In this document: piece after piece, positions 13,246 through 26,714 of the stretch | How positions within the stretch are numbered: position 1 is the first letter of the stretch | How the letters are laid out: each line of letters starts with the position of its first letter | NCBI RefSeq assembly: GCF_035084215.1 | Contig: NC_090325.1 | Span: 132,308,001-132,372,000 of the forward strand | From: Heptranchias perlo | Taxonomy: Eukaryota | Direction of reading: 5' to 3' | Length of the DNA: 64,000 nucleotides | Program-made: the position numbers and the translations under genes | The notes under the pieces: generated by a model | What the model saw: the letters and a program-made list of their open reading frames with translations, nothing else | The model's database searches: none | What the model was told of the DNA's origin: nothing

Positions 13246-15810
13246 TCCTTTATTTGTACCATTGGTGCATTATGGGATCATTTCACTCATATGTAAGGCA
13301 TATGTAACACAATAAATGCTCCTTTTCTTGTGAGTCTGTTCCTCTCTTCTGCAAAATGATACTCATTATAGATCAGAACTACTGTAATATATTTTGTTTA
13401 CACAATACAATATTTCTAATTGCTCTGTTGGGTTAATGGATAGCATCCTTAGCTAGGTTAAAGGTTAATTAAACCCAAATCCCCTGCATATGACCTTTAA
13501 GCTAGTATTAGGAGGCTAAAGGGATCTACACTGTTAAGATACATGGAGCTAATTACCTGACGATAAATCTTGTACAGTGCACTGCAATTTCAACAGTCTT
13601 CAAAGATAATGGAAGGTATTAATGGTAACAGCTTTAAGCGCTTTTGTTTCACAGTCATAGTGGCAGGAGCTGTCAGACTGGATCAATACATGCTTTTCAG
13701 GCTTCCTTTGGTGCTGTAATCCAGCCTCACTAAGCAATGACCTTTTTGGCTGCCTGAGTATTTGTTGTTTTTTATTAATTGTTGGAGGAACGCATTGGGT
13801 ATGATAGTTAATGAGGGATGAGTAAAGTTTGGTGAATTGGCTTGATTTGGTCTTGATAAAATGCTGATTCCCCCTCAGTTCACCTCTACTTACGGAGAAA
13901 AACTTTGATATTCAAATGGACAAAATAATTAAGGTTTCAATACTGTCTCTACCTGAAATTTTGATAAACTCCAAGAGCTAAATGAAGGATTACTGGATTG
14001 ATTCCTTTAGTATCGTACAATAGATGGAGCCAAGCTCCTCTGGGCTTCCAGACATTGAAAAAACAGTGACATGAGCATTGCTATTGTCATTACCCAGAGG
14101 GTGGAGACAATATTATTACTGGCTCGTCTGTAGTTCCCCGCTGCTTAATGTTTAGGAATATGTTGCTAGCATCAAGAAAAAGAAAATAATGCCGAGAATT
14201 AAAGAGTTCAGACATGTCATATGGATTATAGTGCTCAGTACCTGAAATGTTGATATAACTTTTGTTATATTTTGTACAAATGTGCTAGGTTAGCAACTTT
14301 CCTGCCTTTAGTGAAAATATTTTCTTTTACTCGTTACCACATTTGTGATGTCATGATCCTTATTTTGATAGAATTCTGAATAAAGCACACAACATATATA
14401 ATAACATTCAGTTTGTTCCTCAACAGCAAATAAGTGTCGTTGTTTACAACATAGAAAGGTATTTCAAAAAGCACATATGCATTTGTGTTTCAGTGTCGAT
14501 ACATGTATATTCTAGCTGGAAGAATGAATGAGTTAAATGAGAAGACTGGAAATTTAAATAACATTGGACACATCGCTCAGTCCTGACATTAAGCAGCTAG
14601 ATATCAAAAAGAACATCCAAGTCACATTCCAAACTCAAATTTCGCCAATTTTGGTAAATTTGGACATTGCAACTTTGGCTGCGCTTGTCCCTCTAAATAG
14701 GTCAATACCTAGTCAAAGCAGCACAAAATCTTTCTCTGAATCAATACAATTGGTCCCATCATCATCATATATAAATGCAAGTTCCTTTCTCTCCTTTATT
14801 ATACGTTAGATGAGCAATCAAAATCTGGAGTAATAGTGACCAGGGCAAGAGCCATTTTTACATCATTTTTTAATATTATTTTTAATAAAAGCTTTTATCA
14901 TTGCTGGTGTAGTGGACACGGGCATACAGTCTTCTGATGAGAATTCATCTGTCTGTTGTTGTAGTGGGTAAGAATAGGTAGGGAAAATTAATGGGTATTC
15001 ATTCAAAGCAAGGGGATGGCTGGACAATGCACCAAGCACTCAGAATATACTGCCACATCTGCATTACAGTTTGCAAAACACTGACCCCTCTTCTCACTTC
15101 TTAAATCGTCTAATTATCGTCTCTGAAGTCAGACTTCCTTCTCTCTGGCTGCCAAAGGGTTAAGCTTCCTTTCACTTGCAGAATTCTGGCATGCTTTGTC
15201 ATTAACTCACCAAATGACTGGCATAACTGCTAGGATCCTCTCATCCTTTCATACCTGGTGGAATAGGTTGTTCTTTGGGATGCTCCTTGTGTTACCCCCT
15301 ACTACTCAAAGGGTCTCTTTGTTCTCTTTTCAAAGGAGAAGGCTGCACATAACCATCAGCAGAGAACCCGCACATCTAGAGGACCAATCTACAATGCTTC
15401 ACCCACCACAAGGAGCGGACACTCCAAATAATTGGGGTGAAGGCTATCCAGTGACGAACAGGCAGCTACATCTACAGTTTGAGTTCAAGGCATCACAAAG
15501 GCCTTGCTATTGTGTACAGAGCCCTTGGTTGTTTACTGCATGCTAACACATGGGGCATGATTTGAGCATGGTGGTGGGATCTCAGCGGGGGTGGGTGGGT
15601 CAATGTGCGCATGGGAAACCCGGAAAAAAATTTCCTACCTTGGTGCATGCGATCACAACTTAATTGAAGGCCATTAATGTGGCGTCCAGGTTTGGCGTCC
15701 CCACGTTGCGCAGCGGGTGCACTGTAGACCCGAATGACGAGCTGGGAGGTGGATTATTTAAGGGCCATTGCAACCATGGTTTTTGAGGGTGAAAGATGGA
15801 ATTTATAGAG

Positions 15811-17637
15811 ATGGAGCAGCACAGGACCAAGCCAGCACCCAGGTTCAGTGACTCTGCACTTGATTTGCTACTGGCCAGGGTGAGGAGGAGGAGGGACATG
15901 CTGTACTCGGGGGATAGGAGGAAGCCCCCTGCCTCTGCCACCAAGAATGTTTGGCTCGAGGTGGCAGAAGAGGTGACCAGTGGCAGCAACATACCCCGGA
16001 CTTGGGTACAGTGCAGGAAGTGATTTAATGACCTAACCAGGTCAGGAAAGGTGAGTACAATTACTGATTCACTTGCATCCTGTGGTGCACATCATTCCCC
16101 CCCCCCCACCATCACATTCTGCCCTGCAAAGCCTACTCCATCACATCACTCCTCACACCCACTTAAAGCTCATCGTCAACTTACCATCACTTTCTGTGCA
16201 TTTCCTCACCTCCCCATTTATGCACCCACCTCTCCCACTCGCCACAATCCTGATGCAATGTGATCAATATGTCTGGTAGTCACCCTCTGATGCGTCTCAT
16301 TCATTGTCAGCCTCACACAAAGCAATTTATCCATCGGATGGCCCCGTCATCCTCACTCACTCACACGTCTGTACTTTCTCCCCTTGTAGAAGTGAGCTCA
16401 GAATGCAAGGGAGAGGAGTCAGACTGGAGTGGGGACACCACAAATAGTGGCCCTCACAGAGGCGGAGGAGGTGGCCTTGGAAATTAGCCGAATGGTGGAG
16501 TGCCTGGCCATCGGGGATGCCAATACTGGCACCCTGCCAATGTCTGGCGACAGAACTTTAACATCCCTCACACATAACATGAATTGATGTTATCAATGAT
16601 TGATCTGTTGCACACCTCAGTATGCTCATCACAACATTACTCCTGCGATGATTCTTAATATTGCTGTATATTCTCTTCCAGAGCCTTCAAGGAGTGAAGA
16701 CGTGGATGAGGGCGATTCCTCAGAGGAGCTCCATGCCTCTAAGGGCGCACCGTCATATCTTAGTGAGCCATGCACTAGCGCAGGTACTCACATCTCAGTG
16801 GGTCCTAATCGACAGTTAGTTGGGTTGTCACCTGGCGAGTCACCACACACAAATGAGCACGAGCAGATACTGGTGGCAGGGCAGCTGTGAAGAGTCCACG
16901 TCGGTGGGCGCACTCCTCTGCTCAGCTTAACACAGATTCTGAACCCTGGGGGGCCATTGTTGAAAAGGAGAATGATCAAGGTACAGACGCACCTTTGCGA
17001 CGTATTGGAAAACGTACCACGCTCAGTCTCCACATTAGTGCAGAGGATGGAGGTGTCCACCTGCAGCATTAGTGGACTGGTGGCAGAGGTACGTGAGGGA
17101 GCGTCTGTAATGGATGGAATGGCAGCCTCCATGGCACTTCATGCACGGCTCACAAATGAGTCCATTCAGGCACTGACAATAACCGTGTGGACTCAGGGTG
17201 CACAATATTCTGCCGCCTTAAACAGGCTGACAGATATTTTAGAAGTGACTTTACAAAGCGTCACACATGTCCTTCAAGCTGCTCTCCAGCAGAGTGGTGG
17301 GAGTGATGTGGCCCTGGCCCAGGAGAGGGATGGTGGTAAAAGGGGACATGGGAGTGGGGACTCCACTCAAAGCGCTCCCACGTCTCACCCATTCCCCACC
17401 CCTCAACCAGTACCCGCAATGCTGACTCTTCTCCCGATGGTCGAGTCTGCCCATGCACAGGTGCTAGTGGAGCAGTCTTTAGAAGGGCTCTCATGGGCTC
17501 CAAAACCCAGAGGGCATAGGCCGAAAGTATCTAAGCAGTCAGGGCATGAATCTGAGCAACCTGCCACCACCTCTGCTGAAGCCACAGGGGATTCACCATG
17601 TAGAAGTAGTAAGAAGAGAAAGGCTAAGGTTTTGTGA
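15811..17637 (+). pseudogene. Harbinger Myb/SANT DNA-binding protein gene, 3 exons (~15811-16050, 16390-16546, 16682-17637)
   Basis: PRFSD..L..L...W.EVAEEV....RTWVQCRK*FNDLTR; donor GTGAGT at 16051; acceptors ttgtag at 16389 and ttccag at 16681; NLS-like KKRKAK near the end; stops and frameshifts present. Confidence 0.85.
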
Positions 17638-17958
17638 TCACAAAGGGAATGCACAAAGGTGTCTGACAGAATGTTATGTTTTTCATTTATATTTGATTTA
17701 TATTAAATGCACATTAAATGTTATAATTCTCACCACCAGTGGCCATGTCTTGCCCATTCTTGAGTCCCCTTTGTGAAAGCGCCCTTTCATGCGCTTCACC
17801 ATGAACGGAGAGACTTGATGCCATCATTGGGCACGTTTACAATGGGTGTATGTGTGGTTGTAGGACTGTTTTGTGTGGAGGGTGGGCGAGGTGCTGGTGT
17901 TTGTGGTGCTTCTTCCAGGTGATCTGAGGACTTGATTATCGTCACTTTCCAGATCTCC

Positions 17959-20599
17959 TTATGAGAATCTATCAAATATGAGTGACTCCCTGGCTTCACG
18001 AGCAGCCAGGTGAACCGCTGCTCTGCTGATGGGTTGCCCATCATCCCCCTCCTTCTCAATGTTGATGGCCAATGAGGATGCCTCATGATCGCATGAGATC
18101 TCAGCCACTGGTAACCCTTTCTGTTGAGCGATGTTGTGCAGGACGCAACACACGACTATTACTCTACACACTTTTTCTGGTGCTCACTGAAGGGCTCTAC
18201 CAGATTGATCCAGGCACCTGAAGTACATCGTCAGCATTCCTATGGCTTGTTCAATGACAGGCCTAGTGGTGATGTGACTGTCGTTGTACCGCTGCTGTGC
18301 CTCACTGGTGGGGTTTCGCGGAGGTATCATGAGCTACGTCAGCAGGGGTTATCCTTTGTCTCCAAAGAGCCAGTCCATAAGTCTGTTTTGTGGAAGAGGG
18401 CTGGTTTGCTGGATTCGCGCAGAATGAAGGAATCATGGCAGCTGCCAGGGAATTTGGCAAACACCTGCAGAAGTCTCTTCCAGTGGTCGCAAACCAGCTG
18501 CTCGTTGATGAAGTGATTTCCCTCTCGGTTGATGAACATTCCTGGCTCATGTGCAGGTCCTCGGATTGCCACATGTATGCAATCAATTGCGCCCTGTACC
18601 CGTGGGTAGCCAGCCAGAGAGTGGAAACCCGCTGCCCTCTCAGTCTGGCTGATGTCGTCGATGGGGAAGTTGACGTAGTCAGATGACTGAGAGATCCCGG
18701 TGATGTCACCAGTGGCACCTTGGAAGGATCCGGAAGTGAAGAAATTGAGGGCAGTGGTGACTTTAATTGTGACGGGCAATGCGTGCCCACTAGGCCCAGA
18801 CGGGAGCAGTTTTGCATGAAGGAGCGTGCAGATGTCTGCAACCATTTGGCAACTCAATCTGAGCCTTCATACGAACTGCTCCTCAGAGAGGTCCAGGAGG
18901 CTCATCCTCTGCCTGTACACCGTCTTACGAGGGCAGTACCTCCTGCGACCTCAGCCCCTCTGTTGTTCCCCTCTCTGCTCTTCTGCAGGTCCTTGTGGCA
19001 CACCTCTGTCTTGTGGAGCTGCAAATCCCAGAACTGCACGCCATGCCAGCCTCAGATGCTGATGTGCCTCCTCCTCAGATCATAGAATCATAGAATCATA
19101 GAATAGTTACAGCACGGAAAGAGGCCATTTGGCCCATCGAGTCAAGAGCAAGAGCAATCCAGCTAGTCCCACTCCCCCGTCCTTTCCCCGTAGCCCTGCA
19201 AATGTTTTCCCTTGAAGTACTTATCCAGTTCCCTTTTGAAAGCCACGATTGAATTGGCCTCCATCACCCCCTCAGGCACTGCATTCCAGATCATAACCGC
19301 TCACAGTGTAAAAAAGTTTTTCCTCATGTCGCCATTGGTTTTTTAGCCAATCACCTTAAATCTGTGTCCTTTGGTTCTTGACCCTTCCGCCAATGGGAAC
19401 AGTTTCTCTTTAATTACTTTATCTTTACCCTTCATGATTTTGAATAACTCTACCAAATCTCCTCTCAACCTTCTCTGCTCTAAGGAGAACAATCCCAGCT
19501 TCTCCAGTCTATCCACGTAGCTGAAGTCCTTCACCCCTGGAATCATTCTAGTAAATCCCTTCTGCACCCTCTCTAAGGCCTTCATATCCTTCCTAAATTG
19601 CGTTGCCCAGAACTGGACACAATACTCCAGTTGTGGCCGAACCAGTCATCATAACTTCCTTGCTTTTGTGCTCAATGCCTCTATTTATAAAGCCCAGGAT
19701 CCCGTATGCTTTTGTAACCGCTTTCTCAACCTGCCCTGCCACCTTCAACGATTTGTGCACATACACCCCTAGATCTCTTTGTTCCCGCACCCCTTTTAGA
19801 GTTGTACCCTTTAGTTAATATTGCCTCTCCTCGTTCTCCCTACCAAAATGTATCACCTCGTAGTTGTCTGCATTAAATTTCATCTGCCACGTGTCCGCCC
19901 ATTCCAGCAGCCTGTCTATGTCCTCCTGAAGTCTATCACTATCCTCCTCACTGTTTACAACACTTCCAAGTTTTGTGTCATCTGCAAATTTTGAAATTGT
20001 GCCCTGTACACTCAAGTCCAAGCCATTAATACATATCAAGAAAAGCAGTGGTCCTAGTACTGATCCCTGGGGAACACCACTGTATACCTACCTCCAGTCC
20101 AAAAAACAACCTTTCACCACTACTCTCTTTTTCCTGTCACTTAGCCAATTTTGTATCCATGCAGCCACTGCCTCTTTTATTCCATGGGCTTCAACTTTGA
20201 TGAGAAGCCTATTGCGCAGCACTTTATGTAACGTCTTTTGAAAGTCCACATACACCACATCAACCGCATTGCCCTCATTGGCCCTCTCTGTTACCTCATC
20301 AAAAAGTTCAATCAAGTTAGTTAAACACGACTTGCCTTTAACAAATCCACGTTGGCTTTCCTTAATTAATCCACACTTGTCCAAGTGACTGTTAATTTTG
20401 TCCCAGATTATCGTTTCTAAAAGTTTCTCCAGTTTAACCGTGGTTAAACTGACTGGCCTGTAGTTGCTGGGTTTATCCTTATGCCCTTTTTTGAACAAGG
20501 CTATAACATTTGCAATTCTCCAGTCTTCTGGCACCATCCCCGTATCTAAGGATGATTGGAAGCAGATGTAGTGCTGAATAAATCCATTGCACCCCCCAT
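17959..20599 (-). pseudogene. Harbinger (HARBI1-like) DDE transposase, interrupted by a CR1 insertion
   Basis: ALNFFTSGSFQ, GAIDCIHVAI, FPGSCHDSFIL, VCCVLHNIA; N-terminus (MGGAMDLF) lies beyond the CR1 at 20563-20599. Confidence 0.9.
19081..20562 (-). mobile_element. 5'-truncated CR1 LINE inserted into transposase #1
   Basis: (CATAGAAT)n tail at 19081; RT fragments with KFADDTK; CAGAT duplicated at 19076-19080 and 20563-20567. Confidence 0.92.
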
Positions 20600-22663
20600 C
20601 CAGCTGGTGTCAGTTTGAGGGGGTCCAAAATGTAGGTAAATATGTGTGAACACAAGAATTCTGAATGTGAACAAAGAAATCTCAGCCTAAACACAAAGAA
20701 TTTCCAGCCAAAGGTTTGTCTGAGAGAACTGATTGCCCTGCTGCAAAAACTCACCTTTTATTCACATGTGTCAATCACTGGTTTAAAGGTCCAAATGGCT
20801 GCCGGCTGTAACTCGCCTCTGTTTCCATGGCTTCTTTCAGAGGTCACGGGAGACACGTTGATGCAGAGTTAAAATCATTTCTCTGTCTCAATACACTGAA
20901 AATTAATCCCCTTAACAAGTTTAAGTCTCTTAATTGTCACTTTAAATATCGGCCCGCCGGTCCTTCGGCTTCCTGAAGCGCGCGCACCCAGATGTGTCTG
21001 GGTCAAATGCGAAAGTCGGCGGCTTGGAGCCGGGATTCGTTGCCGCTCCTAAAATCAGCTACTTTCAATGCCCCCTCCCCAGCCCCAGCCCACCTGAACT
21101 TGGGGGCTAAAATCATGCCCGTGTTTGCTTTCTGTTTGTGTAAGGGTCTGCCAAGATTAAGGAACTGACGCTAGGCACGAGCAGAAAACAGCCCCATCAC
21201 AACAGCACTTGTCAAGCACTCTGGACATTGCAAGCAGCAATCTGGGTACATCCACTGCAGAAATAAGGGGAGTCAGGAGGGTGAACTTGATGAAGTGCCA
21301 AGTGTCAGTGAAGAAAAGCAAATGGAGGTGGCAGCAGATAAGCAGTAACCAGAGGGATGAAGGGTCAAGGCCATGGGGCACCTGCTGTGGGATCTCTGGC
21401 CCAAGTGTTGAGGGAGTTTTGCTCACTAACACTGTGCCTGCCGCTATTGAAACATTTGGCTCAAAATTACAGGACGTTTTCATTTCTGATCTATAGAAGC
21501 CAATGGATTGGTTAGAGAGCATCTTGCTGCTAGGCTTCCCACTCTTTAATAGCAGCCATGGGACTTGGCCCAACAAAACCCATGGTCAGTAATTGGGGAA
21601 TAGTAGGAAAAGAGATGGATGTGGAGCTGACCCCTCAGGGTGATGACCTATCTGCCCTTCCAACCTGCCCCTTCAGAGAACAGCACAAGAGGAGGTAAGA
21701 AGAGCAGCAGCCAACCAGTGCCGATGTTGAAATATTGGCAGTAGTGGTAGGAATATCTCATAACTCAGAAGATACAGGACAATCACCATAGGTGAGTCAT
21801 GAGGTACCCACTGAGGAGCAGCAGTGTGCCATCACATTTACTGCACACTGAGGTAGGAAAAGTCATGAGATGAGAAAGTGGACAGCAACTTACACTATTA
21901 CTCAAGGAAAACACTGGCACACACATGTGGAAAAGGAAAATAAACTGGATGTTCTTTCTTTGGAATGTTTCTTTAAGATTTGTTGCCAAGAAGGTACATA
22001 TGACTGTTAGAGTTAGGGGGAAACATGTGGGGATGGTAATGAAGACAAAGGGGATTTGACTCACCATATTGGCATGGGGTGAGAGTAATACAGGGAGAGC
22101 CATAGGACTAGTCATTTAGGGGCTGAAGGGCTGTTTTCAACTGAAAGTCCTGTCAATCACTCCTTGGCACCATTGTATTTTCTCTCTGGCTCGTTGTACG
22201 AGTTCCTGACTGTTAATCCTGAGGGAAGCACGGGGAAACCCAAGGCTGTTAGCAGCTATCCACCCATTTAGCCTCATTCTTCAAATAGTTGTGGCACCGT
22301 GAACTATCACAAATGAAAACATCGTGGTCGCTGCTAGGAGATCTTGCAGTCACCTGCACAACAGTGATAGAATAGACTTCTGAGCAAAGGAATGCTGACT
22401 TGCACAAAAAGAACAGCAATCAGCAGAAAAAATAGATGCACAAGCTCTATTACACAAAATTCTGTTGTCAAGTCAATAATAGCTTCAACTATGAGAAATA
22501 TGGCAACCTAGCTTTAATTGGTGGAGTTGTAGAGTAAAGAGCTCACAGGCCTTCCAACTTCCATTTTATACAGGCGTTCTGTGAAATAGCATGGTGCTGC
22601 TGAAGAGCTTAGGGATTTAGTTGTGGGGCCAATATACATTAACTGAAATAATTTTATCGTGTG

Positions 22664-23620
22664 TAGAATCACCGAATGGTTACAGCATAGAAGGAGGCCA
22701 TTTGCCCTATCGAGCCCATGCCAGCTCTTTGTAAGAGCAATCCAGTTAGTCCCGTTCCCCCACTTTTTCCCCGGAGCCCTGCAAATTTTTTCCCTTCAAG
22801 TATTTATCCAATTGCTTTTTGAAAGCCACAATTGAATTTGCTTCCACCACCCTTTCAGGCTGTGCATTCCAGATCATAACTACTTGTTGTGTAAAGAAGT
22901 TTTTCCTCATGTCACCTTTGGTTCTTTTGCCAATCACCTTAAATCTGCGTCCTCTTTTTTTTGACCTTTCCACCAATGGGAACAGTTTCTCTTTACTTAT
23001 TTTACCTCACACCCTTCATGATTTTGAACATTTCTACCAAATCTTCTCTGCTCTAAGGAGAACAATCCCAGCTTCTCCAGTCAATCCACATAACTGAAAT
23101 CCCTCATCCCTGGAACCATTCTAATAAATCTTTTCTGCACCCTCTCTAAGGCCTTCACATCCTTCCTAAAGTGCAGTGCCCAGAATTGGACACAATCAGT
23201 TGTGACTGAACTAATGTTTTATAAAGGTTCAACATAACTTCCTTGCTTTTGTACTCTATGCCTCTATTTATAAAGCCCAGGATCCCGTATGCTTTTTTAA
23301 CCACTTTCTCAACCTGCCCTGCCACTTTCAAACATTTGTGCACATAAAGCTCCTGGACCCCTTTAGAATTGTACCATTTAATTTATATTGCCTCTCTTCA
23401 TTCTTCCTGACAAAATGTATCACTTCGCAGTTCTCTGTGTTAAATTTCATCTGCCATTTGTCCGCCCATTCCACCAGCCTGTCTGTGTCCTCTTGAAGTC
23501 TATTACTATCCTCCTCACTGTTTGCTACATTTCCAAGTTTTGTGTCATCTGCAAATTTTGAAATTGTGCTCTGTACACCTATGTCCAAGTCATTAATATA
23601 TATTAAAAAAAGAAGTGGTC
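22664..23620 (-). mobile_element. 5'-truncated CR1 LINE
   Basis: GPLLFLIYINDLD..SKFADDTKLG and FFTQQVVMIWN fragments; tagaatc tail. Confidence 0.9.
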
Positions 23621-24024
23621 CTTTTGTGTACCATTGTGTAATGACATCAGTGCATGAACATAGCACAGTCCCTAAAATTTCAGAAACTTTGTCCTCCACA
23701 GATTGGGGAGTGCATCGCCAAGTGCCCATTTACCTTTTACCACTTCCCTGCAAGAGACCACTCCCCAAACACGACATCAGGAAAATTGGCTCTATAGTCA
23801 TTTAGGATAACCATGTTCCACCTCCTGAAAATGGAGCTGGTGCTAAAGATACATTCAGCAGGATCTAGAAGATAGATTAGGAGCAGATCCACAGGCTATC
23901 CAGAATTTTGGTCAACTATAGCTGAGATAAGTGGATTCTACACCTTTCCTTGGCACTTCCTATGTGATCTTGAACTTTTCTGTCATTTTGTTGGAATATG
24001 GGGTAAAATAGAGACATTGCTTTA

Positions 24025-24505
24025 AGTGTCAGCTTGGCTCACTACATAGCACTTTTGCCTCTGAGTCATAAGGTCATTGTTTCAACCTCCATTCCCGGAC
24101 TTGAGCACTTATTTTAGGCTGGCACTTCAGTGCAGTACTGAGGGAGTGCTGCATTGATGGAGGCACATCTTTCAGATGAACCAAGGTAGATGTAAAAGAT
24201 CTCATGGCAGAATTTGAAGAAGAGCAGGGAAGGTGTCCTGGCCAACATTAATCCTTCAACCAACACCACCAAAATGCAGAGAACTGCAAAGTGTTACATT
24301 TTGGCAGGAAGAATGAGGAGAGGCAATATAAACTAAATGGTACAATTTACATCACTGGTATTTGGAGGACCTTGCTATGTGCAAACTGGCTGTTGCATTT
24401 CCTTACATAACAGTGACTGCACTCAAAAGCAATTCATTGGGTCTGAAGAAGTTTACAGCCAATGAATTGAGGTTGTGAAAGGCGCCATATAACTGCATGT
24501 TCTTT
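24025..24505 (+). mobile_element. DeuSINE-like SINE containing a short CR1 insert
   Basis: Similar to 12787-13245; ~24275-24348 matches CR1 RT sequence. Confidence 0.8.
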
Positions 24506-24751
24506 ATTTCTTTAAATGTATAGAAGTCAAAATTAGCTTCTGCATGATCTTGAAACCAAGTAACATTACAAGTTGGCAAAGTACTCTAGAATGGGATTGA
24601 ATGGTCATCAAATGAATACCATCCAGATAAATCAATAGCTGAAACAATAAATAAAATAAGAAAACTAAATAAAATGGCACAGATCTTCGGTCTATAGAGT
24701 ATCCAAGCACGAGAACTACTTTCCTTTGGCGCAGCTAACCATTCTATGGGA

Positions 24752-25085
24752 AAACTTGCATTTATATTGCATCTTATCGTATGTCCTAGAAATGGGTCAA
24801 AGCATTTCACAATAAATTACTTTGAAGTGTAATTAATGTAGTTATGTAGGCAAATGCAACAGCTATTCTGTGCACAGCAAGATCTCATAACAGCCATAAG
24901 GTCAATGACTGTGATGGTGTGATTGGTGATGTAGGTTGTGGGAGGAATGGTGATTAGAACCTCTCCTTCAAATACTGCCATGGGATTATCAACATCCACT
25001 TTAACCACAAGAACAAATATGCAGAGTCTCAGTTTAATGTGTTATTTGATGGACGTCACCTCTAGGAATACAGCACTCTTTCAGA
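24752..25085 (-). mobile_element. Decayed DeuSINE-like SINE
   Basis: ACTTGCATTTATAT tail on the plus strand; GCACAGCAAGATCTCA and GCCATGGGAT are inverted core motifs. Confidence 0.6.
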
Positions 25086-25346
25086 TTGCATTTTTGACAC
25101 CTAAACCAGATGGTCCTGAGAGAGAAAGAACTTTACAAGAGCTCAGAGAGGCTTGGATGAATCTGGGAAAGAGTTCAAAAGATTAAAGAAACAAGTAAGT
25201 GTTAAGAGTGAGACTTCAAAGTAATATGCTGAACTACAGTTTGAACATGCCAGGTAGATTTGTTATTCAAAGCTTTTAACTTGTCAGCTATGCAAGGATT
25301 CTAACCATAATTTAACTTTGCTGACTTTATGTCAACCTTGAACGTT

Positions 25347-25973
25347 AGGGTGGAAATTCGATTCTGCCCCATTTTGGAAGCGAAGGCAGCAAGGCGGCTG
25401 CAATGAGCACCCGAACCGGGAGGCCCAAGGCCGGCGCAAAATTAGGCCTCAGGCATTTAAATAATGTGGGCAAGTCCTCCACAGCCAGCTCTCCCTTTTA
25501 CAGCAGTTAATTTCAGGTCACCTGCCTCATCAGCAGCGGCCTCCGGTAAATGCCGTCGCAGTCAGGACAGCAGGAAGTGGGCCGATCGCTAACAGAGGCT
25601 GTCAGCAGTACTGTGGAGCTAGGAGGAGCATTTTTGCTCGTTCTGGCTCCACAGGAAGGTTTTGTAAAAAAAACATGTTTTAAAACTTACCTTTAGTTGG
25701 CAGCCGCTGCTTAGGCCACAGCAGCCGCTGAAGAATCCTGAGCGGGGCAAGCCTGACGCCTTCCCCACTCATCACAGAACAACTTCAGTGAGAAGATCGA
25801 AAGCAAACATTGGGCCCCCTCAATTAGATGGCTGCCATGGACACCTGAGAAATGGCCCAACCCAATCTTGGGTCAATGCTTTTCAGGCGTCTTTGGGGTG
25901 TAGGACGTTGGTCCACGAAATTTAGCCTCATTACGCCCATTTACGCCCAAAAAACAGGTCCAATTTCTACCCC
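25347..25973. mobile_element. Harbinger-type MITE
   Basis: TIR-like AGGGTGGAAATTC / CAATTTCTACCCC; flanks GTT/ATT. Confidence 0.6.
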
Positions 25974-26714
25974 ATTGACTGTCACTTTATTTGTATTAAG
26001 TGAAGCCCAGCCAATGCTGAGTTACTGAGGTACACTTAGACTGCCTTTGTATCTGTAGGGTTACTAATTTTGTTAGTTAATCACATATGCTGAAGTACTT
26101 CATAAAAAGGTTGGGTTGCCTAATGGTTATGATATCGGACTAGCAACCCAGTATGGCAAGTTGTGAAATTGAATTCAATGGGTTCGATTTTTAGCTGAAG
26201 TGTGGGTGCGTTGGGGATGGGGCGTCTCCGAAAATCGGGGAAATCCCAAGTGGGTGAGGAAGCCAGCTCCAACCCGCCAACTTCCGGGTTCCCCACAGAT
26301 GCGTCTGTGTGCGCGCGCGCCTCACGAATGCGGAAGCCCCACAGGCAAATAAAGACGACGGGATGATAATTAACACAGTTATTTAGATAGTTTAATTATT
26401 TGAAGTAATTCATTTCATGGTGATTGAGGTCGGGGACTGATTTTCATTCAGCCTCAGTATGTTTCCCGTGCTGTGGGAAACACTTCTTGTTTTAGGAGAC
26501 GTGTTTCAGCCAGCAGCCAGTTGGACATTGAAATGTTTGTTTGACAGATGGTGATAAAAGGTGAGTTATTGCAGCAGGGCACTCTGGTCTTTCAGACAAA
26601 CTTTTGGCTGGGAGATCTTTGTGTTTACATTGAAAATTCTTAGTTTCCTCTCAGAATTGTTCCTTTACATATATTTACCAACTTTTCGGACCCCCTCAAA
26701 CTGATACCATCAGG

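Larger units (their letters stand above)
15553..21120. mobile_element. PIF/Harbinger DNA transposon #1 (complete, decayed)
   Basis: TIRs GGGCATGATTTGAGC / GCTAAAATCATGCCC (14/15 match); flanks ATG/GTG (3-bp TSD with 1 mismatch); convergent Myb and transposase genes. Confidence 0.9.
15336..23792. mobile_element. Older, highly decayed Harbinger element hosting nested insertions
   Basis: Myb exon-2-like EKAAHNHQQRTRT after an acceptor at 15335 (+); transposase remnants on minus strand at ~22120-22370 (ARSPSSDHDVFI, NEPERKYNGA, VIDRTF); TIR-like AAAATTGGCTCT near 23790; extent approximate. Confidence 0.5.
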
